A DNA stretch of 64,000 bases, taken from positions 16,545,275 through 16,609,274 of the forward strand of contig CM074525.1 of NCBI GenBank assembly GCA_037379345.1, written 5' to 3'. This document shows positions 50,378 to 63,359 of the stretch, piece by piece (positions within the stretch are counted from its first letter, which is position 1; the number at the start of each line of letters is the position of its first letter). This DNA comes from Perna viridis (taxonomy: Eukaryota). Under the pieces are notes generated by a model. That model was not told the origin of the DNA. It did no database searches and saw only the letters and a list, made by a program, of their open reading frames with translations. The translations under genes and the position numbers were made by a program.

Positions 50378-50647
50378 CAGGGGCGGATTCAGGATTTTTG
50401 ATTGGGGGGAAGGGGTGGGCGCACAGTCAAAATTTCGCCGAGCGGAGCGAGTCGAAAAAAAATTTGAGTTTTAACTTTTGAAATATTCCTCTAGATTGGG
50501 TGCAATGTAGATATCTTTTGTGGTAAAATTAGCGAGAAATTAAAGTTTCATCCTAAAACCGCCTAAATCTACCCCTGACAATCCATGCTTGGCAAATTTT
50601 TAGGAGGGGGCGCACGCCCGCCACGCCCCCGCCTGAATCCGCCCCTG
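50378..50647. mobile_element. 270-bp MITE, CAG termini, 5-bp TSD (hAT5-like)
   Basis: Perfect 16-bp TIR CAGGGGCGGATTCAGG / CCTGAATCCGCCCCTG; GAACT at 50373-50377 and 50648-50652. Confidence 0.85.
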
Positions 50648-50711
50648 GAACTGTTGGTGTATTTAATCCAGAGGCGGACCCATGATAAAAATATTCATTT
50701 TCTTTTTTCAG

Positions 50712-50833
50712 GGAGCTTACAAAAGAAGGTCCAACAAAAACATGTCCCTGTTCGTCACTTCCAACACTCGTCACAACACTGACAGTGAATAAACTTGACG
50801 GGATCACAAAACCTGCAGGATCAAAAGTGAAAA
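50712..50833 (+). CDS. CAPN5: Calpain-5-like exon 10 (start of C2 domain)
   Basis: ELTKEGPTKTCPCSSLPTLVTTLTV; phase 2-1, compatible with both neighbours. Confidence 0.85.
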
Positions 50834-50889
50834 GTAAATTTCTAATCAATGCATTCTACATCAATCTGGCACAATCTCGTATACTTTAA

Positions 50890-51262
50890 ATAGCACTCCA
50901 CATAAGAATAGTGCAACGTGTTAATATATGATAACCCCAAATACGGCTACATATTTTTATTTTTTTTATTAAGCTACCGTATGTATTCTTATTCAATTCC
51001 AGTCTGTCTGCTCTTAGGAGAAAATTTACATTAAAAATCCAAAAGTTTCTACTATATTTCAGTGTTTTTTACAGAGTTTTCTCCCTCAATTTTGATTTTG
51101 ACTGTGCATTCTATAAAGGTTTTATCTCGTAAGAGCACGGGTTTTATGAAAAGCCACACGTTAATTTCTGTTAACTATAACATTTTAAACAAAATTAAAA
51201 AAAATTAAAGTAGGTTTCCAACCATGAAACACAATTAACATGATTCTTAGCTGGAGTACTAA
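50890..51262. mobile_element. TTAA-flanked non-autonomous DNA transposon, copy 3 (more diverged)
   Basis: Collinear with 21849-22232 (CTGCTCTTAGGAGA, TAAGAGCACGGG, TTAGCTGGAGT); TTAA at both ends. Confidence 0.75.
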
Positions 51263-51551
51263 TTAATTAGAGATCTTAAATATTCAATATTTTTATTGAT
51301 TCTTCTGTAAAGCATTCAAATACCATTTTAGTTTTCTTCGTTGATTTGTGGAATTATCGGACCCAATTCAATTTTTTTTTAATTGTGAAAATACATGTAA
51401 CTGTTTTTGGGGCGGGTGAATTTGATTTCGATCAACTGGAAACTTACATGTACAATCATAACCGTGCAGTACATAATTGTACATGTATAAAAATTATTTA
51501 AAAAAAAAATTCTGCTACACAAATATATGATAAGTCAATTCTTTTATACAG

Positions 51552-51712
51552 CTTTAGATCCATATCTTGTTGTCCGGTGTGAAGGAGAGAAAGTTGTTTC
51601 TCCTGTTATAAAAGAAGAACAGCGTGGTAAACGAGTGGACACCGGAAGTGCCGAATTTAATTTCAAGGTCACCTTCTATAGAAAGAAACCGGAAGTGCCA
51701 ATCACTATTGAG
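51552..51712 (+). CDS. CAPN5: Calpain-5-like exon 11 (C2 domain)
   Basis: DPYLVVRCEGEKVVSPV...FYRKKPEVPITIE; phase 1-0. Confidence 0.9.
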
Positions 51713-52010
51713 GTAAATATCGAGCAGTAATGTTATGCAGCTGAGAGTTTGTAAATCATTTTTATCGTCCTTAAATGGTTCAAAGAGTATAGCTCAAGTA
51801 AATCAACATACTTTATAATTGTGTTGTGAATTAGTCAGAAAGTGTTCCCCTTCAGGAATCCTACAATTTTATCATCATGGTGAATAAACATACACATATT
51901 TTTTCTATTTGAAAAAAATAATAACCAAAACAGATCTATCCTTGGCATGTTATGTAAGAGCATATCACTCTGCAGACCAGGGCCATTAAGTTTCGTCATT
52001 CTGTAAACAG

Positions 52011-52193
52011 GTAGTCAATAGCAACACCATGATAGATGACTTCTGTGCCGAGGGACGACTGTCAGAAAATGGAGACGAAGATGGCAAGGAAGAGAAGCTG
52101 ACCGTTTATGGGAAAGGAAAGGAGAAAGACATGGAAAGACCGGGAAATATCATCGTCCACGTAAGATCAAGTACCGACTTGCAGTATCTTTGA
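52011..52193 (+). CDS. CAPN5: Calpain-5-like exon 12 (end of C2 domain, stop)
   Basis: VVNSNTMIDDFCAE...PGNIIVHVRSSTDLQYL-TGA. The 12 exons total 1956 nt = 651 aa plus stop; C2 tail instead of penta-EF hand. Confidence 0.88.
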   Translation, partial: VVNSNTMIDDFCAEGRLSENGDEDGKEEKLTVYGKGKEKDMERPGNIIVHVRSSTDLQYL

Positions 52194-54254
52194 TGGAGAG
52201 ACATTGAAACTACCATTTCCGGGTCAGCCATAGTGATGACCTACAAAGTATTTGAATAATCGTTGTTTGGTGGTAATTTACCACTGTTACTCAAGTGTAA
52301 TGTTATGTATACCTTGACGTGTTATAACTGTCAATACCTCTTTCAGTCTATATGATCATCAATGCTCATTAATTATAGAATTACTAAGATTAAGGAATAA
52401 TATAGTATCGGAACCATGGTTTTTTTTCAGACACTTGCACCTTTTTTTAGAAACTTTTTTATTAGTTTGCAAAATTTTGACAAAAATTAATAAATTATAC
52501 ATTCAACCTTTTTCCAAATCTCTAGATCAGCGCCTGTAATGATGCTAAACAAACTTGTATCAATGATAGTTTCTATCTTTGAACTTGTATTTTCACTTTT
52601 TTCTGACTAATTCCTCATGTTTTATCACATTTCATGTTTTGCACTAGTGCAATGTACTTGTGTGAGTGTAATATTTTAATCTTTTTGTTTTTTTGTCTTT
52701 TGTTTCCTATTCTTGCATTTCTCTATGAACGCGTCAATGAAGTATCATTTGTTTAAGACAGAGACGCCATCCATTGTGTTTTCTTTACATGTATTTCTCA
52801 ACATTTCACATATAGTTACATGTACATATCAAAGAGTTTTGTTGTGTCAAGTGTACAAAACAGTTTCCATAAGACACAACACTTGACGTGAAATTGTCTG
52901 ACCTGAATATGTGCTTTGATCAGCATGTGTCATAATGCACGTGCAAAACGTGACTTTGAAATGAATGTTCTTTAGAACTATTTATGGTGATTCCTTTGTT
53001 TAAAAGCATAACTGTGATAGATTTATTTTTGTTGTGTGTTTCTAGCGCTTTATCATGTCTATATTTATACCATTCCGTCCAACATACGTTATGTGTTTTA
53101 CAATTAGAATACATAAAACATGTTATTCTTTACAATGTAAGTATACTTTCAGTGCTGTAATGAGCCTGTACATGTACATGTACATGTATCCTGTGCATTC
53201 AAGCATATGTATTTTTATTTTCCATCAATAATTTCGTCGATATAGCAGCTTCTTAAACGAAATTCAATTCCGTCCAATGCTTAGATTTCTACACCGTGTA
53301 TCAATACCTGTACAATGTACATGTAGTCCTTGTACAAAAAGGCAAATTATATTACATATATTACAATAAAATTTTAATGTAATTATAGGTACATGTACAT
53401 TCGTATGAAAACTCTTCGAGTCCCCCCCCACCAAATGTCTATAATATTATGTTTCGTGTCGTTACAATTGGAGATATTCCAATAGTCAAGAAAAAAAATT
53501 CTTATAGATGTTTAAAGTAATTGGGAGGAAGAAACGATACGGATGACTTAATTGAATATTCATAAAGACAAAGCTCTTTATTTTTCTGATAAAAAAATAC
53601 AGAATATGAACCATGCAATCACTTTGACAATCGTATCAAGTGTCAGGGAGACTCATTTGTACATTATCAAAATTTTGGCTTTACATGTACATGTAATATG
53701 TTGACCGTATTAGATTGTGATTCTCTCTCCCGAGTTTTTTTTGTCAATTACCACATTGTCATTTTTTCCCATTCTTTCTCTGATTTTCATTTTATATGTT
53801 CTATCAATTAATTATGTTTGTTATAAACTTTCTGATTGGTTGAATTTTTAAAGCAACGTAAGTTATTCTGTTTAAATAAAAACATATATGATTAGATAAT
53901 TAACAATGTACTTGATTTTTTTTCTTAAATTTTGAATGACAAAAATATCCCTACGAGTTGAGCTTGATAGGTTGTGAAATATACTGTTATTATATTTATC
54001 CAAGGGACACTATTGTCCATTCTAAGGAAAATATCTCCATGACGGTGTTAGATAACTGCGTTTGTGATTTGGTGTTTTTTTAATAGAGGTTTTTAATGTT
54101 ATAATATTTTGTTATCTATGATAGCAGTTATATTTATTTTCTAAATAAAAATTCTTCATCGTTTGTTTTTGATACATTTCCACGGTCTTAAACTGTCATC
54201 AATCGAGCACCATTTAAATTGTTGCGGTAATCAATAAAGGCACATTTACATGCA

Positions 54255-54500
54255 AGTATAAATCAACTAAACATTGCAAGTCGAATATAATCATGATCAT
54301 ACATGCACATATAAGTTCTATGGTTATTTCGAAATCCAGCCCGTTCTCCTGAGAGAACATTCATATTTTCTAGATAATAATTAAGGCTGTTTTTTAGGCA
54401 CAGCAGTAAAAAGTTTGCCATAACAACTGAGTATTGTACAGTAATTCTCCTATAATTATCGGGGTTAGCAACATCACCTTTAAATTTATCCATTGGACAT
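54255..54500 (-). mobile_element. Decayed non-LTR retrotransposon (LINE) RT fragment
   Basis: KGDVANPDNYRRIT...LNYYLENMNVLSGERAGFRNNHRT resembles LINE RT subdomains 1-2 (NYRPI..QxGFR). Confidence 0.65.
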
Positions 54501-56529
54501 ATAATACATGTGCACGTCCAAGAACGATAAGTGGTCTAAATTTCGTAAACATACCTCATGTCAAAATTAATATATCCATGTTTCCCTTTTTACACTTTGT
54601 TCTTTGATTTACTGGTGCATCAAGTGTAATAATAAAATCCTTTGCTTGATTTAAAAAATCGTCAGGATAGAAATTAAGGTACGCAAACGTTTTCATTCAT
54701 TTTTCATGCGCATTAAAAAATGGTTCTGTCAGCCACGTGATTTCTACTTCGATCCAGACTTACAGTCACTCTTATTCTTTATGACGTACCAATGTATATA
54801 TATCATATTCATAACAATAACCTTCTCAACTGCACTCAACTCTCCCGAAAAATGCAAGAATCTTGATAAGTCGGAAAAAGTAAATATTATGATTGGTACA
54901 AACTGGGTCAATTCAGCAATGTTCATGCTCAGATTTCGTATACAAAACAGGGTCCAGACACTTTGAAAAGGTGCCAGCCCAAGTCCCCAGAAAAAGGGGG
55001 CTGATAGGACATTATTTGTTGTTTTTTGGTGTGTCAATTTTACACATGTAAATGAAAATTGTTTAAATAAAAAGGGGGGTGACAACCCCTTGCATCCTCC
55101 TCAGGATCAATCATTGCAAAAGAGGCCGACACAGAAATCGATATAATTTGCGTTATAACGCGACGTTATCATATCGTCAAACGTCGTCTGATTTGAACTT
55201 TGTCCGAGAATTTCGAAAGGCCTGTCCACAGCGGTTAGTAGGAGAGAAAATTAATGTCTGCAGTTGTTTGCAGGACTGCTTGTAAATCATTTCTAGCTTG
55301 ACTGTATTTATACTGACAAAAAATCCAATGCATCAATTGTCGTTGTAGGGGAGGTAACTGCATGTAAAATAATCGATTGCGATCGAGGGACTTTTAAATC
55401 TCGACACAAAATGAGATAATATTTGTTTTTCGTTGTTTTATTAAGAGATTACAGTATTTGGTACTTTTACCTCGTGTTTTTCGATAATCTAAAAGATATT
55501 TGTTGTCATTTCTTTATCAGGTGTGTAAAGAAAACATTTTTGTAAGGTGGAGTGATAATTTGCTTCAGGTAAAATATGTGATAAAACCATCATAATATAC
55601 CTTTTCTCTTATGTGTTTTTTGGAATTTATAGTTTAATCGGAGGGGTACAGAAAAGGGTAAGTGAAAATACTATATTTGTAATTTTGGAAGACTAGTAAA
55701 ATAAATAAACATGCATGTAAAACTTTATAATATCTAATTACGTATAAAAAGTAAATCAAGAAGACGTACATGTAAAGGTCTTCAAGAATATCAAATTCGA
55801 AAAGGACGAAGAGTACTATATATATTGTTATTAAGATTAGTGTAATTAGGGGTTTAATGCTGTTAATAACGCGTCAGTTATTGGAAAATTGGTGAAAAAT
55901 AAATTACTAGTAAATAGAAAATTAGCAAAACTATATCGCCTATGACAACGAAGTAAAGGACTCATACCCAAGACTCATGTTAAGAGAGAGTAAATACATC
56001 CCGAAGGAATTAATTACAAATAGACATTATTGTTTTAGGTCGATGAGTATGCGGAATATACACTCCCACGACGTAGGGATTAGGTAGGACAAAAGAATTT
56101 TCCCCGCGGAAGTGTATATTGAGCATGTTTTACGCATGCTTATCGACTATCGCATAGTTACATGTGCATGTATCACAGAAGGGTCTTTTACATATTGTAA
56201 AGCAAGATTATTTCAAACTGAATGCATTTAAATGAATGGTTCCATGGCCTTAAAGTTCGCATATGTACATTATTTCGAAATGAATACACTTAAATGGAAG
56301 ATTCCATGGCCTCAACGTTTGCAGATGTACATTTTTTGTCTAGCAATAGAAATTAGCGGCATGTTTCGTTCCAAGGTTATCATTAGTGCCAACTCTTTGC
56401 ACAAAATTTTCTTCCAAAAAGAATAAAGGGTCCTTGCAAACGCTGGGTACTTCATGTGTATCCGCCACGTGCTCGGTGTATAATGTACTTTGATTGACTA
56501 TGACAAATAATTCTTAGCACATTTTACAG

Positions 56530-56735
56530 TTTTAATACTCCACTACACAAAGAGACAAGGAACTATGCGATATATCATCCAAAAAGTTGAGTTCGCCGTC
56601 TGTCTGTCTGTCCATCCCTAACGGTTTCCAGAGATGATAACTTAAAGATATAGAATGACCTTTCAATCGTCATATACACATGTAGTTATTGAGTATCATC
56701 AAATACAGAATAAGTTCGAATTTCAGTTTGATCGA
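56530..56735 (+). mobile_element. Helentron-associated (HINE-like) fragment
   Basis: (GTCT)n tract then GGTTTCCAGAGATGATAACTT and TACACATGTAG..TTGAGTATCA shared with 45125-45310. Confidence 0.5.
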
Positions 56736-59700
56736 ACTGTTTCACAAAGGTAATGGAAATTTTAAGTTGTTTTTACCCAGCCACCCACCCCGCCAAATTC
56801 TCTTGCAACACTGCAGAATGTCATTGAATTTCCCAGTAGATGCCCTATATTTTAAATGGATGTGCGACATCATTGCATCTTATCACTGTCAACACGAAAT
56901 ACAACCAGTCTAAACCTCTTTAAAACTGCCCTAAATGTTGTAAGATTTATGACTGTAATGTTTATTATGAAAGGAAAAACTACTGAATTGTAAAGGAAGA
57001 GAAGTTTTAAAACAGTCTTACTTTCACTTAAACCATAGCATCAAGGTGTAATGATCCGTGGGGCTCCAAAAGGTGTTTGTCTATTCATTTAAATCTAAAA
57101 CGTAATCATGTTTGTAATATAATCTTTCATGCGATTTCTGTTAGTTGAAACGATGTACAGATTGATTAAGAGCAATTTATACAATTCGTATTGATTTCTC
57201 GTTAAAAAGGACAAATTATTACATAATTGAATAATTAATTTGAATTTCCAAATAAATAGGTTGCCCTCAGGGATCCTCAAGGATGTTCCACGGAGTCGAG
57301 TTACATTTAAACCTTCAACAGACCCTCTAAGGCACAAATGTAAATATTGGTCAAATCATTTATTACTAATTATTTTGGTAGAATTACTCATAAAGACACG
57401 GTTATTTAAGAGGAACGAAGAGAAAAGTTATATTGACACACTATCTTCATTTGCATAACTGTAAAAGGGAACCATATAAACTTACATAGTTGGATAATGA
57501 GAACTAGCGTATACGGGATGGCCAAAACTGCTCCGTAAAAAGGTAGGATTTATTGGCATACAAAGTTTTGTTTACATGTACTTGTATTGTAATGGGGTAT
57601 GTGGGTCATGTTTAAATACAATATTTGAAAAGTTGTATGTACAGTACAAAGATGAAGATGAACGGAGTTAATAAAAACAAGTATACGGGTATTTATTTTG
57701 CTTACACGTGCAGTGCATGTTGGTTTTAATTTTTGGATCGAGTTCCGGGGATTGAAAAAGAATAAAAAACGAAGCCAGTAATACACTAAGAGAAACAATA
57801 CATTGGTACAACATGCAGTATAATAATGTAGTGAATTGCCACTAGTGCGTGGAGTTGGTTGAAATAGATTAAATATACCAACAAAAAAAAAACCCTGCAA
57901 ATAGGAAAAAAACGAGAACAAGAACAAAGCAAACCACAAACAAAAAACAAAAAAACTTTTTACTTACAATTACTTAAAACACCTGCAAAGAAAAGAGTAG
58001 GGAGTCGGGGGTTAGAAAGGGTAGTGACATGAAAAGAACTTATTGATGTGAGGGAGCTAGGAATTTCGAAAAAAAAGGGAGGTACTGACTGATCTGAAGG
58101 GGCCTCACTAGTATTTAATTTGTGATGGAAAGCGAGCATATTCTTTATGTGACAATTATATTTCTAGAAAGGAGAAACGGTAAAACTTTTGGTAAACCCC
58201 ATAGTATGTAGGTATATATGTACATACATTGCATTTTCCTACTGTACGGTTATAAGTGGACACGTACCTTACATTGTATATACAATATAAGTATGGGATA
58301 CTAGTACATTGTACATGTACATGTACTCTGAGTTCATTCTACTGAGAAGTGGATAGAGTGTAGAGTCTTTATTTCAATAAGATCCGGTTATCAAACTATA
58401 TATAATAAGGTTTTATTGTAGGATAAGTCATAAACTCATTTCTATAGAGTTTTATGATAGCTTAAAATGCAAATGTGCGGTTTTGAATAAGCATAAAGCA
58501 TAATCAAACGAGTATAATGTACATACGTAGGTAGTAGGGATGTATCATTCAGAAAATGGTCATTTTCTTGACATATAGTATGTACGTTTTGAGAAAAAAA
58601 TCCAATGTTTACAGTGAAAATTATTTTAGGTACGTATGGGAGTTAACACATACATTTATACTAAAGACAGTTTTTTACGCAAAATTCACGTGAAGTAATG
58701 TTTTCATTATCTTCTTGCAAGTAAAAACTTGTTTAAAGGCGCGAAGTTTTTGTGCATCACAATTTTTCAAATGAAACTGCGTGTGAAGCAGCGACAGACA
58801 TTTTTTTCTCCTTTTAACCGATGCTAACACATCTTTCGAAATTCTCGGACATTTATTTTATTTAAATCGAACGTTAATGTACAAAAATGTACATTCAGAT
58901 AAATCGCATAAACTTCAATTTTCCCAATACTAGTATTTGGAAGACTCTTGCATTTGTCTTAGCTATCGGAACTGCTCAGTCTCTCTCATTACACTGAAGA
59001 AAAACGTAGCGAGAATGACCGAGTAGCTCCGATTGTATTCTGAAAAACCTGTAGCATCTAGAGTAAGAGTTGAACTTAAGACGCCCATCGGAGCTTGATA
59101 CCCCCGTTATATTCAAATACTCGGGACGGCCCGAACTTAGAATGCAATGCGCATTATGGTAATAGGCCGTTCAGTATATAATACATTTAAATAATATGCC
59201 CAGTAACCTTTATTTATGTTTTATTACGGGACTAAGACCTTTCTGAAATGTTTTTGGTGTATTTAATTGTGTAATATTTTTTTGTTCATTGAGGACCCAT
59301 AGGTGGACTTGCGTTGACATTTTCCTTCCCGGTGTTGTCTGTTTGACATACAATGTATTCATTATACCCATTCTCGTTATAAACGTATATACGATATCAA
59401 AGACAAAAGAACTGTTGCAACATGACGAAACACATCTGCGACTTGCATGCACATGTATTGATGGTATATTTGTCTTGAATCTGAATCAGTTCATAATGTT
59501 ACTGTAGATTCTTTCAATTCCTTTCCACAGACTCATCATCGAAGAAAAGAATTATCACTGTCTCTTTTTTTGACATTGTACAGACAGTGAATCTCCAAGA
59601 CGACTGCAAAGTGTGAGAGAGGATATTTTCCTTTTAGACAAGAGTATTCTTCATTACCCAAAGTACTAGAAGACAAATTGGATGAAAACGGACTAATAGC

Positions 59701-60357
59701 CATCGGATGTATTTGTAGAGACAAAAATATCAATTTGCTCATCCTCGTCCAACGATTGGATTTCCTTAGGTTTATGCTCAGGGTTATAATTTAAGTGATT
59801 GGCAAGCATTTTGCAATTTAACAAGATTGAATTATTGTTTTAGGATTTTTCATACAGATTGGAAAATTTCTTTTCATGTTCGAGTTACTTCAGGACTAAT
59901 AGGCTATTGTAGTTATTTACTGTGGTCATATGAGCTATCATTTACATCGAGGCCTGTATGCCTATTGTAGAATGCTGACGTTTCCCGCGCGTCTCTTTAT
60001 CAAACGTCTGGAAGTGTTACAGAAGTCATAGAAAATACACCTGAAATTGACACCTGTCTTTCAGTAGATGAATATTGGAGCTATTTTAAATCACCGTACC
60101 TGACGCCATCTGAAACAAACGCCAAACTGAAGGACAAATGCTAAAAATGACATTTCATCCGACACTGGAGCAAATTTTTAAATGAATGATATTTAACGAA
60201 TTGTTAAATAGTTCAAAGTGATATTTCATTGGCAATTAAAAATGAGTGAAGCATTTAACTTTCAGTTCAGTTCGCTTCAGTGACTCGTTGCAATAGTCAC
60301 TCACCGTGACGTAAAGTTTGAAAACAGGGAATCAGATTAGATGATTCCGTGTTTAAA

Positions 60358-60468
60358 ATGGATTCCAAAGTTGCTATCGTGTTCTCATTCTGTGTTCATC
60401 TGGCTTTTGGATATATAAGAAATTTCACTCTACAAGACGTAATTATGGACGATAATAGATTCAGAAAG
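60358..60468 (+). CDS. Probable first coding exon of an unidentified secreted protein (MDSKVAIVFSFCVHLAFGYIRNFTLQDVIMDDNRFRK)
   Basis: AAAATGG start context, hydrophobic signal-like N-terminus, strong AAG/GTAAGT donor. No downstream exon identified. Confidence 0.5.
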
Positions 60469-62853
60469 GTAAGTTTATTTTTTAACTTTTTGTCTCCCTT
60501 CTCTTTTAAATCTACTTTTGTTTATCTTTTTTTTTGTCTTGTTTATTGCTTATTGTTACTTTATAAAACGATATGTACTTTTGTCCATATTTTGAAGGGG
60601 TTGCTGTGTAGTGTACATGAACATGTACAGGTATACATAAATGTACATATGTAAATGCCATTGATGTATTTTATCAAATAGAGCTGTACGTTAGAACCGC
60701 CAGGAGTAAATGTATCACTACTAGAGCAGATTCAAATCTCTTGACACAACGATTTCTGAAAATGCCTTTCAGGGACATTCAAACAATTGTCTAGCAATTC
60801 TACCCTACTAGTAGAATAGTCATAAAATTACCGTGATATAACTGGAGAGTAGGTTTTTAACGACTGTTTACTGTATAAGTATCTACATGTATCTAGAGCA
60901 GACTCCTCCATTGAACTGTCATTAAATGGTTTATTTTTATTATTATTTCGATTCACCATGTAATGCACGTATAATCCGTAAACGTTTTTATTCTGGAACT
61001 AAGACTCTCGGCGTGATATTTTATTTTAAATTCCATGCACAATTTACTTCATGCAAATAAATAACTTGGATTACTACATGTACAATGTATATGTATATAT
61101 CCGAAAAAAAGAGCTACATGTACACTAGTCTACCCTTTATCATACACGCCAACCCTGTAGAGTCAAAAAGCGATAAGGAAGGGAAGGGGGTCACCAGATT
61201 TCATGATGCATTTTTTTGTAAGATATATTGTTTGAACAATTTATTGATACAAACTTTTAAATAGACCCTTTTGTGTTAAGTTGATGAGCATGTCAATATA
61301 TACTTCCGCGAGACAGGGCTTGCGTAGAACAAAAGAATTTCCTCGCGGAGGAGTATATTGAGCATGCTCTACGCAGTTAGCACAAAAGGGCCTATTGGTA
61401 GATCATTCAAAAAGCTTCAAATTTGTATACAATGTGCATGTACATGTATTTCATTCAAAACTTCATTTTCCTTAAAAAAAACAGAAGCAAATGTCATGAA
61501 TCACATCCCTGGTCATTAAAATACAATTTATCGGCTGTAAATTAAATTTGTAATTGTATAGTTTGTTTTCTGAGAGTTTACTCTCCTTTTTGTTATTTTA
61601 CCCGCTTTTGAAGTGAGTCATGAAAATAAAAACAAATCTGAGCCATTCATGGAGAACATCCTAAAACCATTACACCCCGATCACCGGAGACTTTTTGGCT
61701 ACAACCGCATTTAGAAAAAGGTTAATTTATACTAATGATAATATTTGAATTTAACACTATGTTAGTTTAATGGTAATATAAGCTACTCCCGAAAATCTGA
61801 AAAGGCTATTATGAGCGAGTTGGGGACATTTCTGATGATTTTTCCGCTCCTTAAATACCAAATTACTTTGTACAAACAAATGAGCATATTTAATTTGTTT
61901 TTCTTTATTAATCAAATACTTAAAAAAGGTATTAATGTGTCAATATTTATTATGACCTAATCTAGATCGGGCATATCTGTACTGACTTTTTTATTAGAGT
62001 TACAAAATGTAAATGGACAGGCACGTAAATCTTGTATATTACCAAAACAGGGCCCTTAACAAAATAGTTTCATAATCTAAGCTTGTGGAAAGGACCATTA
62101 AGTTACAGTATTCATTTTGCTAAAAATTTAGATCCATATGTATTTGACTTGTTTTATTGATGGGTTGCTGTTTTTCTTTTTTTTTCGACTGGTCCTCGAT
62201 ATTCAATCTGTCTGGGAAAAGGGAAGAGTTTTGTTATATTAACATGCATAACGAAAATACTTATTTAAAACAAACAGGGACCCTGCCTTCATAAGGCTAC
62301 ACTATGAATGTTTGTGTCCCCTGATATCCGACCCTACATGTACAGTTTGTAGCTCCTGGCTCTGGGTAGGTACTTGTAGTTAAATAATTTTTTTTCTCCA
62401 GAATTCATTTCATTCTGTAAAAACGACGATCAAAGGGGTAAAAAATGCTCCGTTGAAAATTGAAAAGAAATCTCTTGGGTAAGGCCAATGTTTAAGGTAG
62501 GTAGGGTAAGGGGTGACACACTTAATTTTAATTTTGGCGCAAGAAGTCAATCTCCGTCTGACGTTTGTACTTCACTCTTAACTCTAGTAAGTACAAATGA
62601 AAACGAAAGTCTGTCGGTACTTTGTAAATAGAAGGTGGCCACGGAGGTACTCTTGCATTTGATGACGAAGAACAAACTGACCGAGTATGACTACAAGTTC
62701 CAAACCAAAGAGCTGCATATGAAATATGCCTAACGCTAAATTAATGACGTCATTAATGTTCTGTTGAGTATTTGTCAGTAGCTTTAAAGCCACAGGCAAA
62801 TGTTTCTATTATTGACCGATTACTCTCAAATATGAGTACTTATTTTTGACAAT

Positions 62854-62931
62854 AACCGTCCCACGTCCATACTCTAACCGTCCCACGTCCATACTCTACC
62901 CGTCCCACATCCATACTCTACCCGTCCCACA
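62854..62931. repeat. 22-bp tandem repeat, about 3.5 copies
   Basis: A(A/C)CCGTCCCACGTCCATACTCT repeated. Confidence 0.85.
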
Positions 62932-63359
62932 CGTGATATTCATACAATGTCATTTAGTATAGAAAGAACAGAATTTGAAAGAAAACAGCATCTGTAATTG
63001 ATATGATAATATTGGTGTACGGTTGTGCGAGGGCTGACGAAAATATGTTTTTTAAAATATTTATGGAACTATGTCATCAAATAACAGATAGATATTGATC
63101 AGATTTGTTGTCGAGTCTTTCCAATATGAGAAATGCATTTACATGTACCCGGTACCAGATTAATTATTGAAAAGGAAAAATGTTTTTAAATTGCAGATTT
63201 CCATTCATGAATGTTATTTCTGTTTATGATCGTGATTATCTTCATCTTTCGACAAGGAATATCGGCAATATATTAAAATCAGGACAGATAATGCGTTTGA
63301 ACGATTGCATGCAGCGTTCCATGTATAATGGTAGTCCAGTTTATTTAGAGTGTTGCTCT

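Noticed and set aside
59480-59775. Possible coding remnant on the minus strand
   Set aside because: Stops in the frames read and no motif I could recognise.
61613-61720. Second exon of the 60358 gene
   Set aside because: No acceptor gives a convincing phase-0 open frame; no recognisable homology.
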